Below, piece after piece: positions 1 through 17,500 of a stretch of 64,000 bases of DNA. A program made the translations under genes and the position numbers. Positions within the stretch are counted from its first letter, which is position 1. Each line of letters begins with the position of its first letter. Source of the stretch: Ptychomitrium polyphyllum (taxonomy: Eukaryota); NCBI GenBank assembly GCA_973851085.1, contig OZ316775.1, forward strand, positions 21,080,001 to 21,144,000, written 5' to 3'. The notes beneath the pieces were generated by a model. The model saw nothing but the letters and a program-made list of their open reading frames with translations. It was not told where the DNA came from and did not search any database.

Positions 1-1337
1 TTCTAACATAGAAGAAACTGATCTAAAAAGTAAAACTCATAAAACATATTAAACAATCTTTAATTTTGACTTTGCTTATTTTGACCAAAACGGATTCTCC
101 AAATGGGTTAAAATGGAATCTTTATTTTAGTGAAGAAGAGCGCATATCATGCTTTCGTGACCCCTTTGAGTACCTTCTTTCAAAAGGAATGATTTGATCA
201 ATATATATATTAAAGGTTGGTTTTGCTTCAAACCGAGCGATATACACTGATAATATTAGTTCACCCTAGCGTCTTTAAAGGTACCAGTGTCCTTGTCTTG
301 TCAGAAATGATGGTATTCATATTGCAGCAATGGTTTTGATTGTTTTTTTCATGCTATGGAAGGATAAAACCAAGGATTCTTTATGGTGTGGTAGCAGAGG
401 GCTAGTTTATCATGGACCATGTCACCATAACTCATGGTTGCCAAAATTTTCTGTAATAAACGAGGTAGTTAAAGTTCATATGAATCTTATGAGCTTGAGT
501 GAACTCGTAGCCAACTGCACTGAGCACAATAACTTAATGTCAGACACAATGAAGACAACAAAAGGGTCAACAATTGCTCAAAGAAAATGGTTTATCTGGC
601 AATGGAGGTTAATCCTTCACAACGGTTTTGTAAATTTGTAATTAAGTTGATTAACCATATATGCCATGAAAATTCTTGTCACTATACTAGCACTATCTAG
701 GGCATATGAAGTAACTTCACAGGGGTAAGGATGAGTTTGGCAAAATTGATGAAGGAGACGCACCTAAACTGCACAGTTATCTAACCTGAATGCAAAGCTG
801 GACCCACATATTTCTTTCATCAAATAAAATCATCTATATTAGAACCAATTTCAAGGGAAGGCCCATCTCAGAGTACTAAGTGTAAATTTTCATGCACCTT
901 CTACGAAATTGAATCGAATTTTGACTCCTGAAGTGAAAAAATAGACACCATCACTCATGGATTGCGCAAAAAAGTTGTTCACAGAAAGACATACCCGTGA
1001 TTTTACTTCCTTTACATCTTTTGTATTTGAGAATGTATATGACAACAATACCCACGTAACATCAGGGTAATAATTGATTAAATAAACATAAAAGTATGAT
1101 GTGCCTTCTACGATTGTGAGAAATGCCACAAATTCGGACTATGGCGAAGTTCAGCACTTGGATTCCTGCTTCGTTTCCCTCACATCAGGGTGCATTCAGC
1201 TGAGAAAGATATTCCAAGAACTCAAAAAACTTGTTTGGTTAAAGCTTTGTATACAGCTGATCGTACATGAATTCTTATGAATAATAGTAACAGAAGGGGT
1301 AGGAAGAAATTTGCAGAAAGTACACAGGGGCACCCTA

Positions 1338-4300
1338 TCACAAGGTAAGAATTTCCACTCCAGATTCAGTAATTAGGAGGCTATGTTCAAATTGTGCAGA
1401 TAAACTGCCGTCTTCTGTTAAACATGTCCAGTCGTCATTCCACATTACATCCCTTATACTCCCTTGCGTCAACATAGGCTCTGTACAGCATGACAGATTT
1501 TGGTTATGAGTTCATGTTTAAATGAACGAGAGTTGTATACAAAAATGCATTTTACTACGACAATAAGGATGGAATTCTGCACATTTATAAACTACTGTAG
1601 TGAGAAAGGAAACATGTGCCCAACCAAATACCAACACGAAACAGGATGGTGTAAGCACTGCTGCATTTCAACCACTTACTTTGGAACTGGTTGGTACATT
1701 GCGAGATGACTTACCGATAGTGAATGTCTGCCCAACTACCATCCGTCCAGGTTGATTATTACCTGTTAAACGTATAAGATAATAGAATAAAGATTTGATA
1801 CCACTTAAAATCTCCTCGTTACACAACGCCTCATATTACTCAAGGGAATGTTGAAAGTAGCATTCAAACTCAACTCTTTGGATAGAGGCTTTCACACCAT
1901 GGCTAATTCCGAATTTTTGAAAACAGGATGAAACAACACTTTACTAACATTTACCAACTCTATGAGAATTTTGCAAGTTCTAATAAATGTCACACGAACA
2001 ACAAAAACTTACGATTGTGCAAAATGGATGGAGCTGAATGAAAAACTTGTCCAACACCGTGACCTACAAAGTGCTCTACAACACCATAACCATACTTATC
2101 TGCTACCTCACTGTCATAAGTTCAAATCCAGATTAAAAATACGTTAGAATCCCAGAAAATTGATCTTGCCAACAACATCATGGTTTAACACATTGGTCTA
2201 GTAAAACCATAATTTTTTTTGCAAGAAACCATAAATAAAGGAGATGAAGAACACCAGCATCAGAAGTTACATTTGAGCACCACTTACTTAATAGTCTTGC
2301 CTATTTTTTTGAATTCGACACCTGGTCCGCAAATGGAAATTGCTTTATCAAGAGATTCTCTCGTGACCTGTCGGGCATGAACATCAACCATAAAGGTTAT
2401 GGAAAACCTCAAAACTCACCTAAATGAAAGAATACCAAATAAATCAGCCCTATAACATGGAAAATAAAAATGGAGAAGCAGTTTGCATGAATAAAACCGG
2501 AGAACAACGTTAAAGAGAAAACCGGAAACTGAAAAATCTGATCATGGAGTAGAATGGTGTTCTAAGTGACCGTAACATGGAAGAGAAACACAGGAAATGC
2601 AAGCTTGGTATATACATGTTAAATTCCTAGGCTTAAAACAAAAGATGCAATCAGGATTTCAATATCAGCCTGTATGATGATGACCCACCTCAACTAGCTG
2701 TTTAGCATCATCACTAACGTTGCCACAATAAAAAGTCTTGGAAGTATCTCCGTGGTAACCCTGAACACCAAAGGCAAAGCATCATTAGAACAGCTGAGAA
2801 ACTACACAATCATGAGCACCAAAGACGTCAACACGAGTCTTATCTGTACTTGATGCGCATGATCATTAAAAGTGCAACTACCACAAGAACCAGCATAACT
2901 CAAATATGAATTAAAGTTTAATGAAGTACCTACACATCAACAAAACCTAACCAAAAACACTTCCGAATGTGGCGTGAAGGATTAGATAGCAGCCGATAAG
3001 TAGAGGGAGCATACATTTAAGAAGACTGTAACGTCAATATTGATAATATCTCCATCCTGCAAAAATCATTTCCAATCTATCAAGAGTCCTTCTAACACAG
3101 GGTAAATCAGCTACAATTGCAGCTTTCAGTTTAAAACCCTGTGAAAAAGTAAGCAACACAGCTCTAAGTGATTGCTAAAATGCTAGATTCAAGTGGATTG
3201 CTATATCAGAGATGCAGCACATATCACGAAAGCTACAATAGCTGGCCATGTAAAAGTGTCACACAGAACATCATAATTTCGAATTGTCACCGTACGCCAT
3301 TAAGCGGTCAACAAGTTCACGCATACAGAGACCCGTTAGAACCACAAACCGACCTGAAGAGGACGGGAATCGGGAATGCCGTGGCAGATGCACTCATTCA
3401 CGGAAGTGCATACACTCTTCGGAAAACCTCCATAGCCAAGAGGAGAAGGATAAGCGCCAGCATCGATAATCATCTGATGAACAGCCCTATCAATATCATC
3501 CGTTGTCACACCTGGCTGTGCCACAAGTAATTATTAAGTTTTAGACGATATCAAGGACGAGAGATTGCATTGTACCAGGAGTAAAGCTGTAGAAAGGAAA
3601 CAAATAACGCCGGATATGTTTACCTTCACCAACGTTCCCGCATAATCGCGAACCCGTGCAGCAAGCTGACCAGACTCCCTCATACGCTCAATTCCTTCGG
3701 CATCTTGGACTTGAAACTCATCGAGGAATGCAGGTGCTTTTCTGGACCCGATGTAAGGAGGGAGAGGAATTTGCTTAGGGACTTCCAGGCGAGGAGAAAC
3801 TTTGCCTCTATTTAATGAGGGTCGCCGAGGTCCAGATTCATCAACATGTTTCTCCTGCTCCCCAGATCTGCATTACATTCGGTTATCGAATTCGAACTTA
3901 GACTCACTATTCTATGCAATTTCAGGCAACTACTCAGAAGCGATAAACTGATATGAACGATCCAAAATAGACGTTCTTAAAAAGTCTATGATGTTAATTG
4001 TGGCTAAACGGACTCCTGTCTAAGATGAATTAAATTTTTTCTAATTTGTTTCCTTTCACCGACGATGAAATCAATATGGAATTCGTTAATATCTTCGCTA
4101 GAGACATAGCATTGTGCTTTTAACCAGAAACCTTTCTTCTTGTAAATCCCTCACACTGCCGAATGATGAGTTTAACCGTCTTTTCTGATCCTCACCGTTA
4201 TTCAACCACACAATTAGAGACCGCAACGCGATGGTACGCAAACTCTTACAGTCAAAGCCACTATGTTCTTTCCAGCGAAGCCCTACATATCCCAAATTAC

Positions 4301-5065
4301 AGGGTTGTCTCAGACCAGGCCTGTTCGCATCGTCAGTACTTCAAATTAAAGAGTGAATGAATCAGCTACAGACGTTTGAATTTTAAAAGATTATCAAATA
4401 TTAAAACTCGTATGGTCCCTGAGTTTCGGTACTATTAAAGTCCACTGTGAATTGCTTCATCGTGAGATAGAGCTCATACCTTTTGTTCATAAACAACTCT
4501 GCAAAACCAGATCTTTTCCTTGCCATAATAAGCAAAGGCCGTGGCCTTCGACTTGTACAACCTATTCACACGGTCCAGTTGCCCATCAACAAAAACCTTC
4601 ACATGTTGTAACGAACCACACGACGCTCAAAACCCTATCCCCATGAAATAGACACTAACCGGCAGACTGCTGTAATTTGCCCAAGCCACTGCGAATTCCT
4701 ACAAACACGATGGAATTGAACAGAAACAAGAAATCTAAACGACGTCGCACGAAACCACCATTTCCGAGCTGCACTTCACCAAACTTATTTCGCAGATTCT
4801 CCACGTCGATAACAAACGTTCGCAGTAAAACATATAACAATACAACAGCAACAACGCCGCAACCATCCTAAATCCTGCCTAGTGCAACCCGGGGATCACC
4901 TTGCAATTCAAACCCCAATCCATCAAAAGTCATGAAAGTACACAAGCTCCTGCCCGACCCCCACAGCGACGACGCGAAGCGCCGGGACGTGGATGCGCAC
5001 ACGAGCGACGCCGGCAGCGAGTGACGCGCCACAGTCCCCATGGCCACCGCTCCCACGCGCGCCAT
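1338..5065 (-). CDS. MAP1D: Methionine aminopeptidase type I, organellar MAP1D-like; 11 coding exons: 5065-4900, 4698-4660, 4561-4480, 3867-3624, 3515-3354, 3056-3015, 2760-2689, 2367-2288, 2110-2013, 1762-1715, 1480-1338
   Basis: Spliced GT-AG exons give a continuous frame: [131 protein letters not shown]. All five M24A metal ligands (D,D,H,E,E) are present. The Ser/Arg/Ala-rich N-terminus resembles a transit peptide. Confidence 0.95.
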
Positions 5066-6242
5066 CGCTGCACCCCCGAGCTGCAAACACCGATTCCCTC
5101 CGCCTCCAAACCCTAGCGCCCAAACCCTTACGTCAATCTCCAACCAAAACTTCGCACTGCCGTGACCACTAACCACACCGAATATTCTAATCTGTTGCCC
5201 CCGTCAAAGCACTCGTCTCGGCCGTTGTCGCGTCGGCAGCCTTGTGGCCTTGCTTGCCTCGCTTGACATGCCGCGGTGTGACGGTCGGCCAGAGCGGGGC
5301 TCTACTCTGCACAACAGAGCTTCGACGAACTCCTACAACGAAGTCAGCTTGTGCATTTGGACGCAATCACCACGATGCCAACAGGTTTTCAACCGGGTAT
5401 CTTCCAGGTATCGAACTTGAAGGGCGTGTTGCTTAGGGTAACCTCTTCTAGGCGACTCGTCCATTGGATGAAATACCCGCCTGCATGAAATACGGGTATC
5501 TATCTTCACCACCTCAATATCGTCTAGGTATCAATCTGAATGTGGATCTTGTAGACTTCTTTGTGACTTATAATGCTATTTGCATGATAATTACATATTT
5601 TAATGACTTATAAGATAATTGCAACAAATAATTCAAATTGAAGGTTAATTAAAATTTTCTCTTTAAACAAATTTTTCCTAAATACCAAGTATATTTAGAA
5701 TATATTCAAAGTCATTTCACAAGCCATTGTAGTTATTACGTGTTCTATAAATTAATTTTTAAAATAAAAGGGAAAATTAGATTTTCTCATGCCTGTTGAA
5801 TATTATTTGATATTGATTTAAGTGGCACAAATTCATTCAATTTTCATAACCATAAATATATGCTACATCAATTCTTCCTTCACAACAAAACAATTGCAAA
5901 TTGAATCACATTAAATTTTTAATTTAAAGAATATTGATATTTTCTAATGGATATTTATGCCAAATAATTTAAACTAGATTATGAATAGTATGGATAGCTT
6001 GCAAGTTAAGATGAAGACTTGATTATTAACATGCAATTAATATAGGCTAATAACATTGTGATAGCTACTCCATAAATGATTTATTGCAATTGCATATATT
6101 ATAGATGTCATAATTCTTTCATCAATTTAAAGACTATACTTAGCATTTCATTATTTCACGCTTTAAAAGCATATATTTGGAAAATATTTAAAGTGTATTT
6201 TGCATGCTATTTGGATTATAGGCACACAATTCCATTACAATT

Positions 6243-6752
6243 TGTTAAAGACACAAGAAACAAGAAGCAGAAACGAAGTGTTTCCCAAAAAATTAGCTTC
6301 CAAGGAGCTAATGATTAATAAGAACTTGATACAAAGACTAGAACAAGGCAGGATTTAAGATGATCCACAACTTGTGTTGGCAAGACTAAAGAATACCTTG
6401 TCTTGCCTCCTATTTATACCATGACGTTTGTATCTCCTAGGATACTCCTAAAGAAGTTTCCTACAAGGCTTAAGAATGTTCTAGAAGTCTTGGGAACCTT
6501 CCCAAGAAATTTCCTAAGATGTTGGAACCTTCCTAAGAAGCTTCCTAAAGTGGCGGAAAATTCTTAGGAAGTTTCTTAAAGAAATAGAATCCCCTATGAA
6601 GTTTCCTAAGGTAGAAGAACTTTCCTAGGAAACTTCCTAAGAACATGAAAAGACTATAGAGACATTTAAAAGTATTTTAAGACACTATTATAGCATACTA
6701 GAAGGTTCTAGAATGTTCTAAGGACTATGTTGCATGATCTATGTCCGTGACA
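6243..6752 (-). mobile_element. Solo LTR of an LTR retrotransposon (~510 bp)
   Basis: Bounded by TG(TTAAAGAC)...(GTCCGTGA)CA with short terminal inverted repeats. Flanked by CAATT (6238-6242) and CAATC (6753-6757), a 4/5 target-site duplication. TATAAATAGG lies on the minus strand at ~6409-6418. Internal degenerate TTCCTA(A/G)G repeats; no PBS or internal coding region adjacent. Confidence 0.8.
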
Positions 6753-7550
6753 CAATCTAGAAAAGATTATCTTTTGCGTGAATAGCTTTACAAGTTTAAA
6801 ACAAGTATTATTTGTGAATCAATAAATACTCATATTGGAAGCTAGAAGGATCTACATTTAATTTAATGATTAAATAATCTCTTTTAGTGAATTTGTGTCA
6901 TTTAAATAAAGGACAATTGGTAGCAGATACTCTTGAAGGCACACATTTCTCTTACTATTTGTCAAAAACACTTTATACAACATCAAGTGGTTCCAATGAC
7001 TGGTCGAGTAATTCCCAACAAAGCTCAAAACTCCCCATCGGCTCTTCCAGTCTTGCCATGTCAACAATACATGATCTGCCGCACAGATTTCAAACTCAAA
7101 CTCAAACCTCAAAAGTAAAAGGAGTAAATGACACGTCATTCCTATTTCTTGGCCTTATTCACTCTGTATGAGAGATGGTTCCATGCAAGAACGAAGGAAA
7201 CCTCTGACCTGTTCTGGACTTCCACTCCTACTCATGGTTGTAAATTTGCGACGGTAGAACAGAACGCACAGCGTGCTGCGTCAGCAGGCGAGCCAAATCA
7301 GCAGGACGATAAGGGGACGCCACGTGAGCCCGACGGCGGAGGGCGGTGGCCGTGCGAGGGGAACCGAGGATTCCACGGCCAAAGGACCCCGAAGGGCGAC
7401 TGCAGAGCACAGAGCAGCAGCAGCAGCGCAGTGGCAGCTGCGCCTGCAAAGCCTCACAGTGGGCGTGCATTGCAGCACCGGAGAGCTGTCTCGACCTCGC
7501 TCGCAGAGCTCCGTGCAGCTGCAACTAGTCCAGTCAGAGATGGAGCAGCC

Positions 7551-10891
<3,341 letters not shown>

Positions 10892-11199
10892 ATCAATCTA
10901 AAAACCGAACAATCGTACCTATTCCTGTAGTTGGAATCAGGATAACCTGAGCTTTTATGAATATATGTTCACTAATTTGCTGTGACTTGGGAAAAGAAAA
11001 TATGAGCTAGTATACTGCCTGGAAGAAGCCAGGCTTGCTTCTATCGCGGTAAATCTTTGAGCAGAGTTTCGATACCAGTAGATCAAACAGCCGAAGAATC
11101 TATCATGTAGTAGTGTAGTGAACGATAGGGAGAACATGAATGAGAAGTTCGCCAAGGTTTTACACTTAGAAATTCAAAATCATGTTCCAGTGCTAGACA

Positions 11200-11450
11200 T
11201 GTCACGTCCCTAAATCATTGTCTCTTCTTAATTGAAAGCGTTGAGTAATGAACTGATCACCCAGCCAAGGAAATCTGGGTGGCCTAATCATATTCAAGTT
11301 TTGTTGAGGTGTGTCTGCAGGACAGCTTAAGCATATAGAGATCACAAGAAACTAAATGTCTTCATGGTACTCTTGATTATTTATAATGGGAAGCAAAAGT
11401 TGTGGGTTATCAATCCAACGGCATTATAGATGTTGTAAATGAGCTAAATT
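11200..11450. mobile_element. Possible degenerate LTR fragment
   Basis: Begins TGTCACGTCCC, like the TGTCACGGAC terminus of the solo LTR at 6752, and contains TATTTATA. No matching CA end or TSD could be identified, so the end coordinate is approximate. Confidence 0.3.
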
Positions 11451-14400
11451 TTTCACAAAAGTTATGTTATAGTAGTAGGATTTTTACTTCACAAAAGCCA
11501 ATGCAAATATATAAAGTACAAAAAACAAACAAACAAATAAAATCTATTTATAGAATGTACAAGTAATTGTCCAATTATTTTTGTTTGAATTCAAACAAAT
11601 TTACATGAAAGTTTTCAAATTGTACTTAATTAAAATAGAAAAGATGAAATTAAGTGCACAACTACAGGAAACACCTATAAACATGAGTAGCTTCCTTTGC
11701 TGTGAATTTTTGGTGATTTTGATCCAAATATTTCCCTCATTGTTTTTACACTATTATTTTATCAAAATTGCTAGATTTTATTCCTTTATCACTCTTATTT
11801 GTTGGTTTACAAGTAAACTATCTTAAATTCCTATCTATCTCGTTCTATATGTTTTTTTTATAGGATTTCAATTAACTAACTATAATGTATATACCAATAG
11901 GTTGAGTTTTTGCATTGCAAACTAATTTTTGAGAAGATTGGATGTATGTTTAAAATCATTATTTTATAGAAATATGGCACTTTCAATGTCTAATTTGTAT
12001 CTTTGAATGCTACCTAAAAGGTCTTATTTAAGACTATATGACATAATTTGCATCTATTGTACTTTCTATTGATATATATTTTCCACTTCTTGTCAACTGA
12101 TACATCTTCATACCATGATGTTTTCACCATTGTGTTTTACAATAGGTTGCACATATGCACCATAAAAAACATCTTAAGGCTTCTTATAATTATATTGATA
12201 TTTATTAAAGAAATTCTTTTATGCCGCACTTATAATTTTGACCATGCAAAGGATTGTCTACAATATAGTGCTAATAATAGAAGTTTCTTCCTTATAATAC
12301 ATGCTTAGAAATCCAGTCTTATAAAATCCCTCATAATTGCAATGTAGAACAATTCTCATTCCACAAATATTATCGTTTCCTTATTCAATGAATTTAATTT
12401 CTTAATTATATGAATCAAAAATCCAAAGTTGATTACCTGTAGACTTACCTTAAACATCACTTGTTTGTTTACATCTCAGCACAATGCTTTAGTATGTGCT
12501 CTTTGTAAGCCAGGAAAAACCTTAAGTATTTACAAATTTTTAATATAATAAATCTTGTTGATACAAAGCAATTTTTTGTTAACATTGATTCAGAGTCTAG
12601 TTTTCCATAATAAATGGAGTTTATTTTCACCACTCTTAAAAGCCCTCAATTCTCAAGAAAATATAGCTCACATTAATAAGAAACCATGTTGTGAAGTTGT
12701 AAAACTTTGGATGTGCATAAGTTATTTGCCACCATTACCAGTGTTTACTAAAATATCTTTTTCATTATGTAACCTAATTTAATGGTGAATTCATTATTAC
12801 ATTAACATTCAATATACTTTTTATTTTTAATAATCTTTAATTAAATGATACTTGCTGGTTTTTACTTTTGATATTAATATTCAATGTCCTACAACTTTTG
12901 TTAGCTAATGTAGAAGATTGAATCATTATGTAATCATCAATTTTTATAATATTATTACATAAGGGCTAACATTTTTTCTTAATATAAATTAATTGGCAGG
13001 ATTTGAAATCAAATGAATAGTTCCATTATCATTGCAATAAAAAATGTTTTCTTTTGCAAATATTGTGTAATTTCCAACAATTTTTGGCAGTAGAAAATTA
13101 GGTTTGGAATTCAAATACAATTAAGAATATATATTGATATATTTTGAATTAATTATAAATTCTTAAAAGGTAGTTTTTACTAAAGTCCAAAATCATCAAT
13201 AGATAAATCCATGAATTATCCAAACAACAATTAATAACAACCATTTAATGAATGCACAATTATATATGTTTCATTTGATAACCACCATGCACCAAGCCTA
13301 TGTCCACTACATGCTTTTTTTCTTAAACTACTATAAATTTTCTTCTTCCAAAATTCTAATATCATCCAAATTCAATCTACTATTATAACTCATCAAGTCT
13401 AAATAACAAGTGATAAGAATTTATGGTTAATTTTTTAATTTCTTGGTAGACCAAATACTAATTAGTTTGATAGTTTTGTAGTTTACACTCCAAGAAGATA
13501 AAAAAATTAACAAGATGTTTCTTTGAAACAAATATAGATAATTGAATTAACAATTTAAAAAGTGTTTTTTAAAATTGCAAAGTCATATTGCAAACTTTGA
13601 TTTGTGTAATTTTTAAATAAAAAGGAATCTTTTCAAAAACAAACATAACTGTTTGGTACAATCAGAAACTCTAAAAGTAATATTTCTGAAATCAGGCATT
13701 CAGTGACTAACAATCAATAAGAAAGATGAAGCAAGTTTTGACTTAATTTTTTAAGACAAGCGTTACATTTGAGTTTTATATATGCAATGCAGTTTTTAGA
13801 ACTTGGACCTGAAATAGATTACATAATTCTTATAATCTATAATAATAATACTTTTGAAAAAATTAGGACAAAGCATTCAATAAAGTGAATTCCTTGTGTG
13901 AAATATTTCAATAAAAAAATCTAAGCAAGTGAATTTATGGTTTATTAAGTAATTATCATTTAATACCAAAATAAGTTGTGGGATATAAAGAGCCAATGAC
14001 AATTTGCATAGTGGTTTCTAGTTTTTCTATAAGTAGTGGCCATGGATCCCAACGGTAATGGATTATTCAAACTAAGATTCAACAACTTAAGCATTGTTTT
14101 CCACAAAGGACGGTAGTATAAACAAAGTGATATTCTTCTTAAGTGCGATAATAGAAATGATGAAACATACAAACTTTTTCGTACTTTTATCACCAATATT
14201 GGTATTTTCTACAACATTCATAGTGCTTTTAAGTGAAGAGTTGGTAGTGCCCCTCAACCAACATATTAATAAATCTAACTTGATATAATAACTACTCACC
14301 AATCTACACTTACTGTATCGAGAACCACCTCAAGATAGACCAGACACAAAAAGCAGATGGGATAAACACCAGATTCTAACATGTTATGAGTAAAGTTGTA

Positions 14401-14472
14401 GTCAACATGTTAGTTTTCAGGAAGTCTCCAAGTTGGTTGGGGCATTATGGGTTGCTCTACCTTACTCCGGCA

Positions 14473-14519
14473 CCAGCATGATCGTGGAAATCCAGCATGA
14501 TCATGGAAATCCAGCATGA
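14473..14519. repeat. 19-bp tandem repeat, ~2.5 copies (CCAGCATGATCRTGGAAAT)
   Basis: Directly visible: ccagcatgatcgtggaaat ccagcatgatcatggaaat ccagcatga. Confidence 0.85.
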
Positions 14520-17500
14520 GCCCTGCCAGCACTGTTGTGTTGTGTCGAATTTGGAAAATCCCGGAGGTTTTGTCGTCAGAAGCATGTCACACAGTAACCT
14601 GGATTCTGGCCTCTTCCTCGGACAGCCAGTCCAAGTTTCTCTACATGAACGTTTTTGCCCTCTCGTTTTTGAAAACTTTGGATTCTCTGGTCTTCCGAGT
14701 TTTAGAACATTCGAAACAACGTGCATTCCAATTTCAATAGGAACACGTAAACATAGTCATTTACCATATTCAAAAACTGCATACTCTTCAATGATAACAG
14801 AGACAATGAAGAGTATTTTTTTTTATGTTTGTTAAGTGCTTGTTGATTGGATTATTTAATAAGAATTTCAATACAACTGGACTTTTTAAAATTATTCCAA
14901 GACAGTATTGTAGAGAATTTGATCATAAGAAACCAACACTAAGTATACTGTAAGGTTATATTTCCATGTAGCATCCTTCTCTTTGTTGACTATTGAAGGG
15001 TGAATCTCTTGCTTAGTTTTGAAAACCAACCATGAATTTTGATGAAGGAAAGCTTCATAAATCTTTATTACATCTCAACAAAAGTTAAACAACTTAAAAG
15101 GCACTCCACATTTTTGCATTGACCGAAACTACAAATACCATCATGCCATGTGATCAAAAACTTGTCCAAAATAAACCTAAATATTATTATTCAAATATAA
15201 TGAATGAAATAGCAAAACATGCTTATTGTTTAAAGCTTTTTATAATAAAGTTATTAAAGAAGGTTTAGTTATAAGAAACAAAAGTGAAATCTAAATTGCA
15301 ATATTTTTGTCTTTGTTTCTATTAAATTATTTCAATAAAATCATTGTGATATTTATTACAACATGTGTATATTAAATGCAAATAAGTTAGTTGATATTTT
15401 AACATGCCAATTTTATAAATTCTTTAAAAAAAATTCATTTGAAAGTAAAACATTAAAAAATTTATAGAATAAAAAATAGTAAGATCTAAATAGTGCTATT
15501 AAAGTGACAAGTATACATTTTAAATTTAAACCTAAGCCATAAATTAATGAATTTAAATTAACTCTTAAATAAACGCAAAGTTTTTTCAATATGAGAGTCA
15601 ATATAAACTAAGAATTATTTTCTTCAATTTTTCTAGAATATTTGTATATACATATGCATGTGTTTCCATGCAACAATTCCATATGAAAATACCTCTTTAT
15701 CTTCATCCATCATTCATTTGTTTATATTCCATCCAATTTATGTATTTTTTAATGATGGATACTTATAACAAGAATATGATTCTTGCCCAAGTCTTAGACA
15801 ATTGTTTATACGCTTTTAAATGATTATGTTTATTAAAAAAAAGAAAATTGTTAAATACAAATAAATCTCTTGACTTAAAAATAATGATAAATACTATTAA
15901 ATATAAATTTAATAATGAATATTAAAAATTTAATCAAGAAGTACTACATTTCATGTTAATTTGCAATCGTTGATCTAATAACTGCAACCTCATTTACAAA
16001 CTTGAGTAAGTTCATTCCTTCAACAATTATTAATAATATGCAAATAACAAGAATTAAAAATGATAAAAATATATATAGTGTAGTTTAAAATGTAACGTTT
16101 AGAAAAAACTCAAAATATTTTTTAATATCTAATTGAAAATCATTTTTACGAGATTTTTCCATCAAATGAAAAATATTTAGATTTCAAAGATTTTGGGGCT
16201 AGAGTTTACTATCCAAATCTGCTCTGTAGGATATGAAATAGACTTTTCATCCACGAAAATAGTAAGAACAACGTTCACACTTTTCTTGGTGGAACACCTA
16301 GTACAGGTCCCCACCAAGGAAAACTTATTGTTTTTTGGCTTTCTAGGGGAAAAAAATTTAGATGCAAACACGTCGAGATATGTCGAGACCTCACTTTCGT
16401 TCCCGCATGACACTCTCTGCAATCATCGCATGGGTTTTAAAAGTCCCTTCCAAATCTGAAAATCCGGAAGCATATTTAATAATCGGCGTCTCCGAAATCG
16501 GTCAACCAGGTTCGGACACATGGCGCTACAGTTTTCAGGTTGGGACATAAATGTAACGTAGGTGGGCCTGCGCATGATAGGTCTTTAAGTTACTGTGCGA
16601 TATTATGCCTTCATTTTAGTACGTCAACAATTAACCTCAAATAGGTGACTCACAGAACTTGAATCAATCAGAAATTCACTGGAAATTCGGCGCTTGCTTC
16701 ACACGAAATGACATAGACATGGTGGTGCAGTATGCACTGTAAATAAGCACTCTGAACCCCTGAAGGCTCTTCCTCAGAAAGGCCCTGACCATATCTGCTT
16801 CGGTCTGAAGTACTTTTGCTCCATAATGATAAGTATCAACACAGAATCGGTCAAATATTAGAGAACTGAGAAGGAACTACGAACTTAGACTAAAACTCAC
16901 CAGGTAGATACTGGATAGATTTGAAAATGAGGTATAAGTTATTGGAGGAACATGTTAGATTATTATATAGACAGTATCTGCAATCTGAGCCAGCTTCGTC
17001 ACCTAATACGGAGTCTACAGTCCTTCAGAAGTATTCCCAAATTCCAATGGTGCCCTTTCGAAGCAGAAGAAGAGGTGCTGTAAACTCACATAAGTGCGGT
17101 CCAATGATGTTTATGGATAGACACGATTGTATAATTAGGATGCCCAGCAATTTAGTTCAACCTATGTTAGGCTTTTGTTGCATCATAACAGTTCTTCAGC
17201 TGGACAAGAACACTATCTCATTTCTTCTCCAAACGTTAAATTTTGTTTACAACAAGTTATTCGGTAATTTTTTTTACCATATTACTAGTGTATGATCATG
17301 CTCCTACAGAGTGTTATATTTTACATATTTTCAATTTGTTGTATTTTAGAACTTTGGAAACATTGGAAATGGTTGTTTATTTCATAACAAAGAGTGCAGT
17401 ACAAAAACAATTTACAGATACAAATGCTCACCTAAAATTATTGGCATTGAAGATGTTGTATGTTCCAAGTTGAAGAAGAAAAATTACAATTTTAAGGAGA

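Noticed and set aside
330..1129. Short ORFs downstream of MAP1D, and other antisense or intronic ORFs in the track
   Set aside because: No motifs, mostly non-ATG starts, and they overlap UTRs, introns or the antisense strand of real exons.
14520..16560. AT-rich core with GC-richer ends as a possible non-autonomous DNA transposon
   Set aside because: No terminal inverted repeats or target-site duplication could be found by eye.
16690..17295. Moderately GC-rich stretch with a 124-aa ORF
   Set aside because: No recognisable motifs in the frames examined. It could be a gene relic but cannot be supported.
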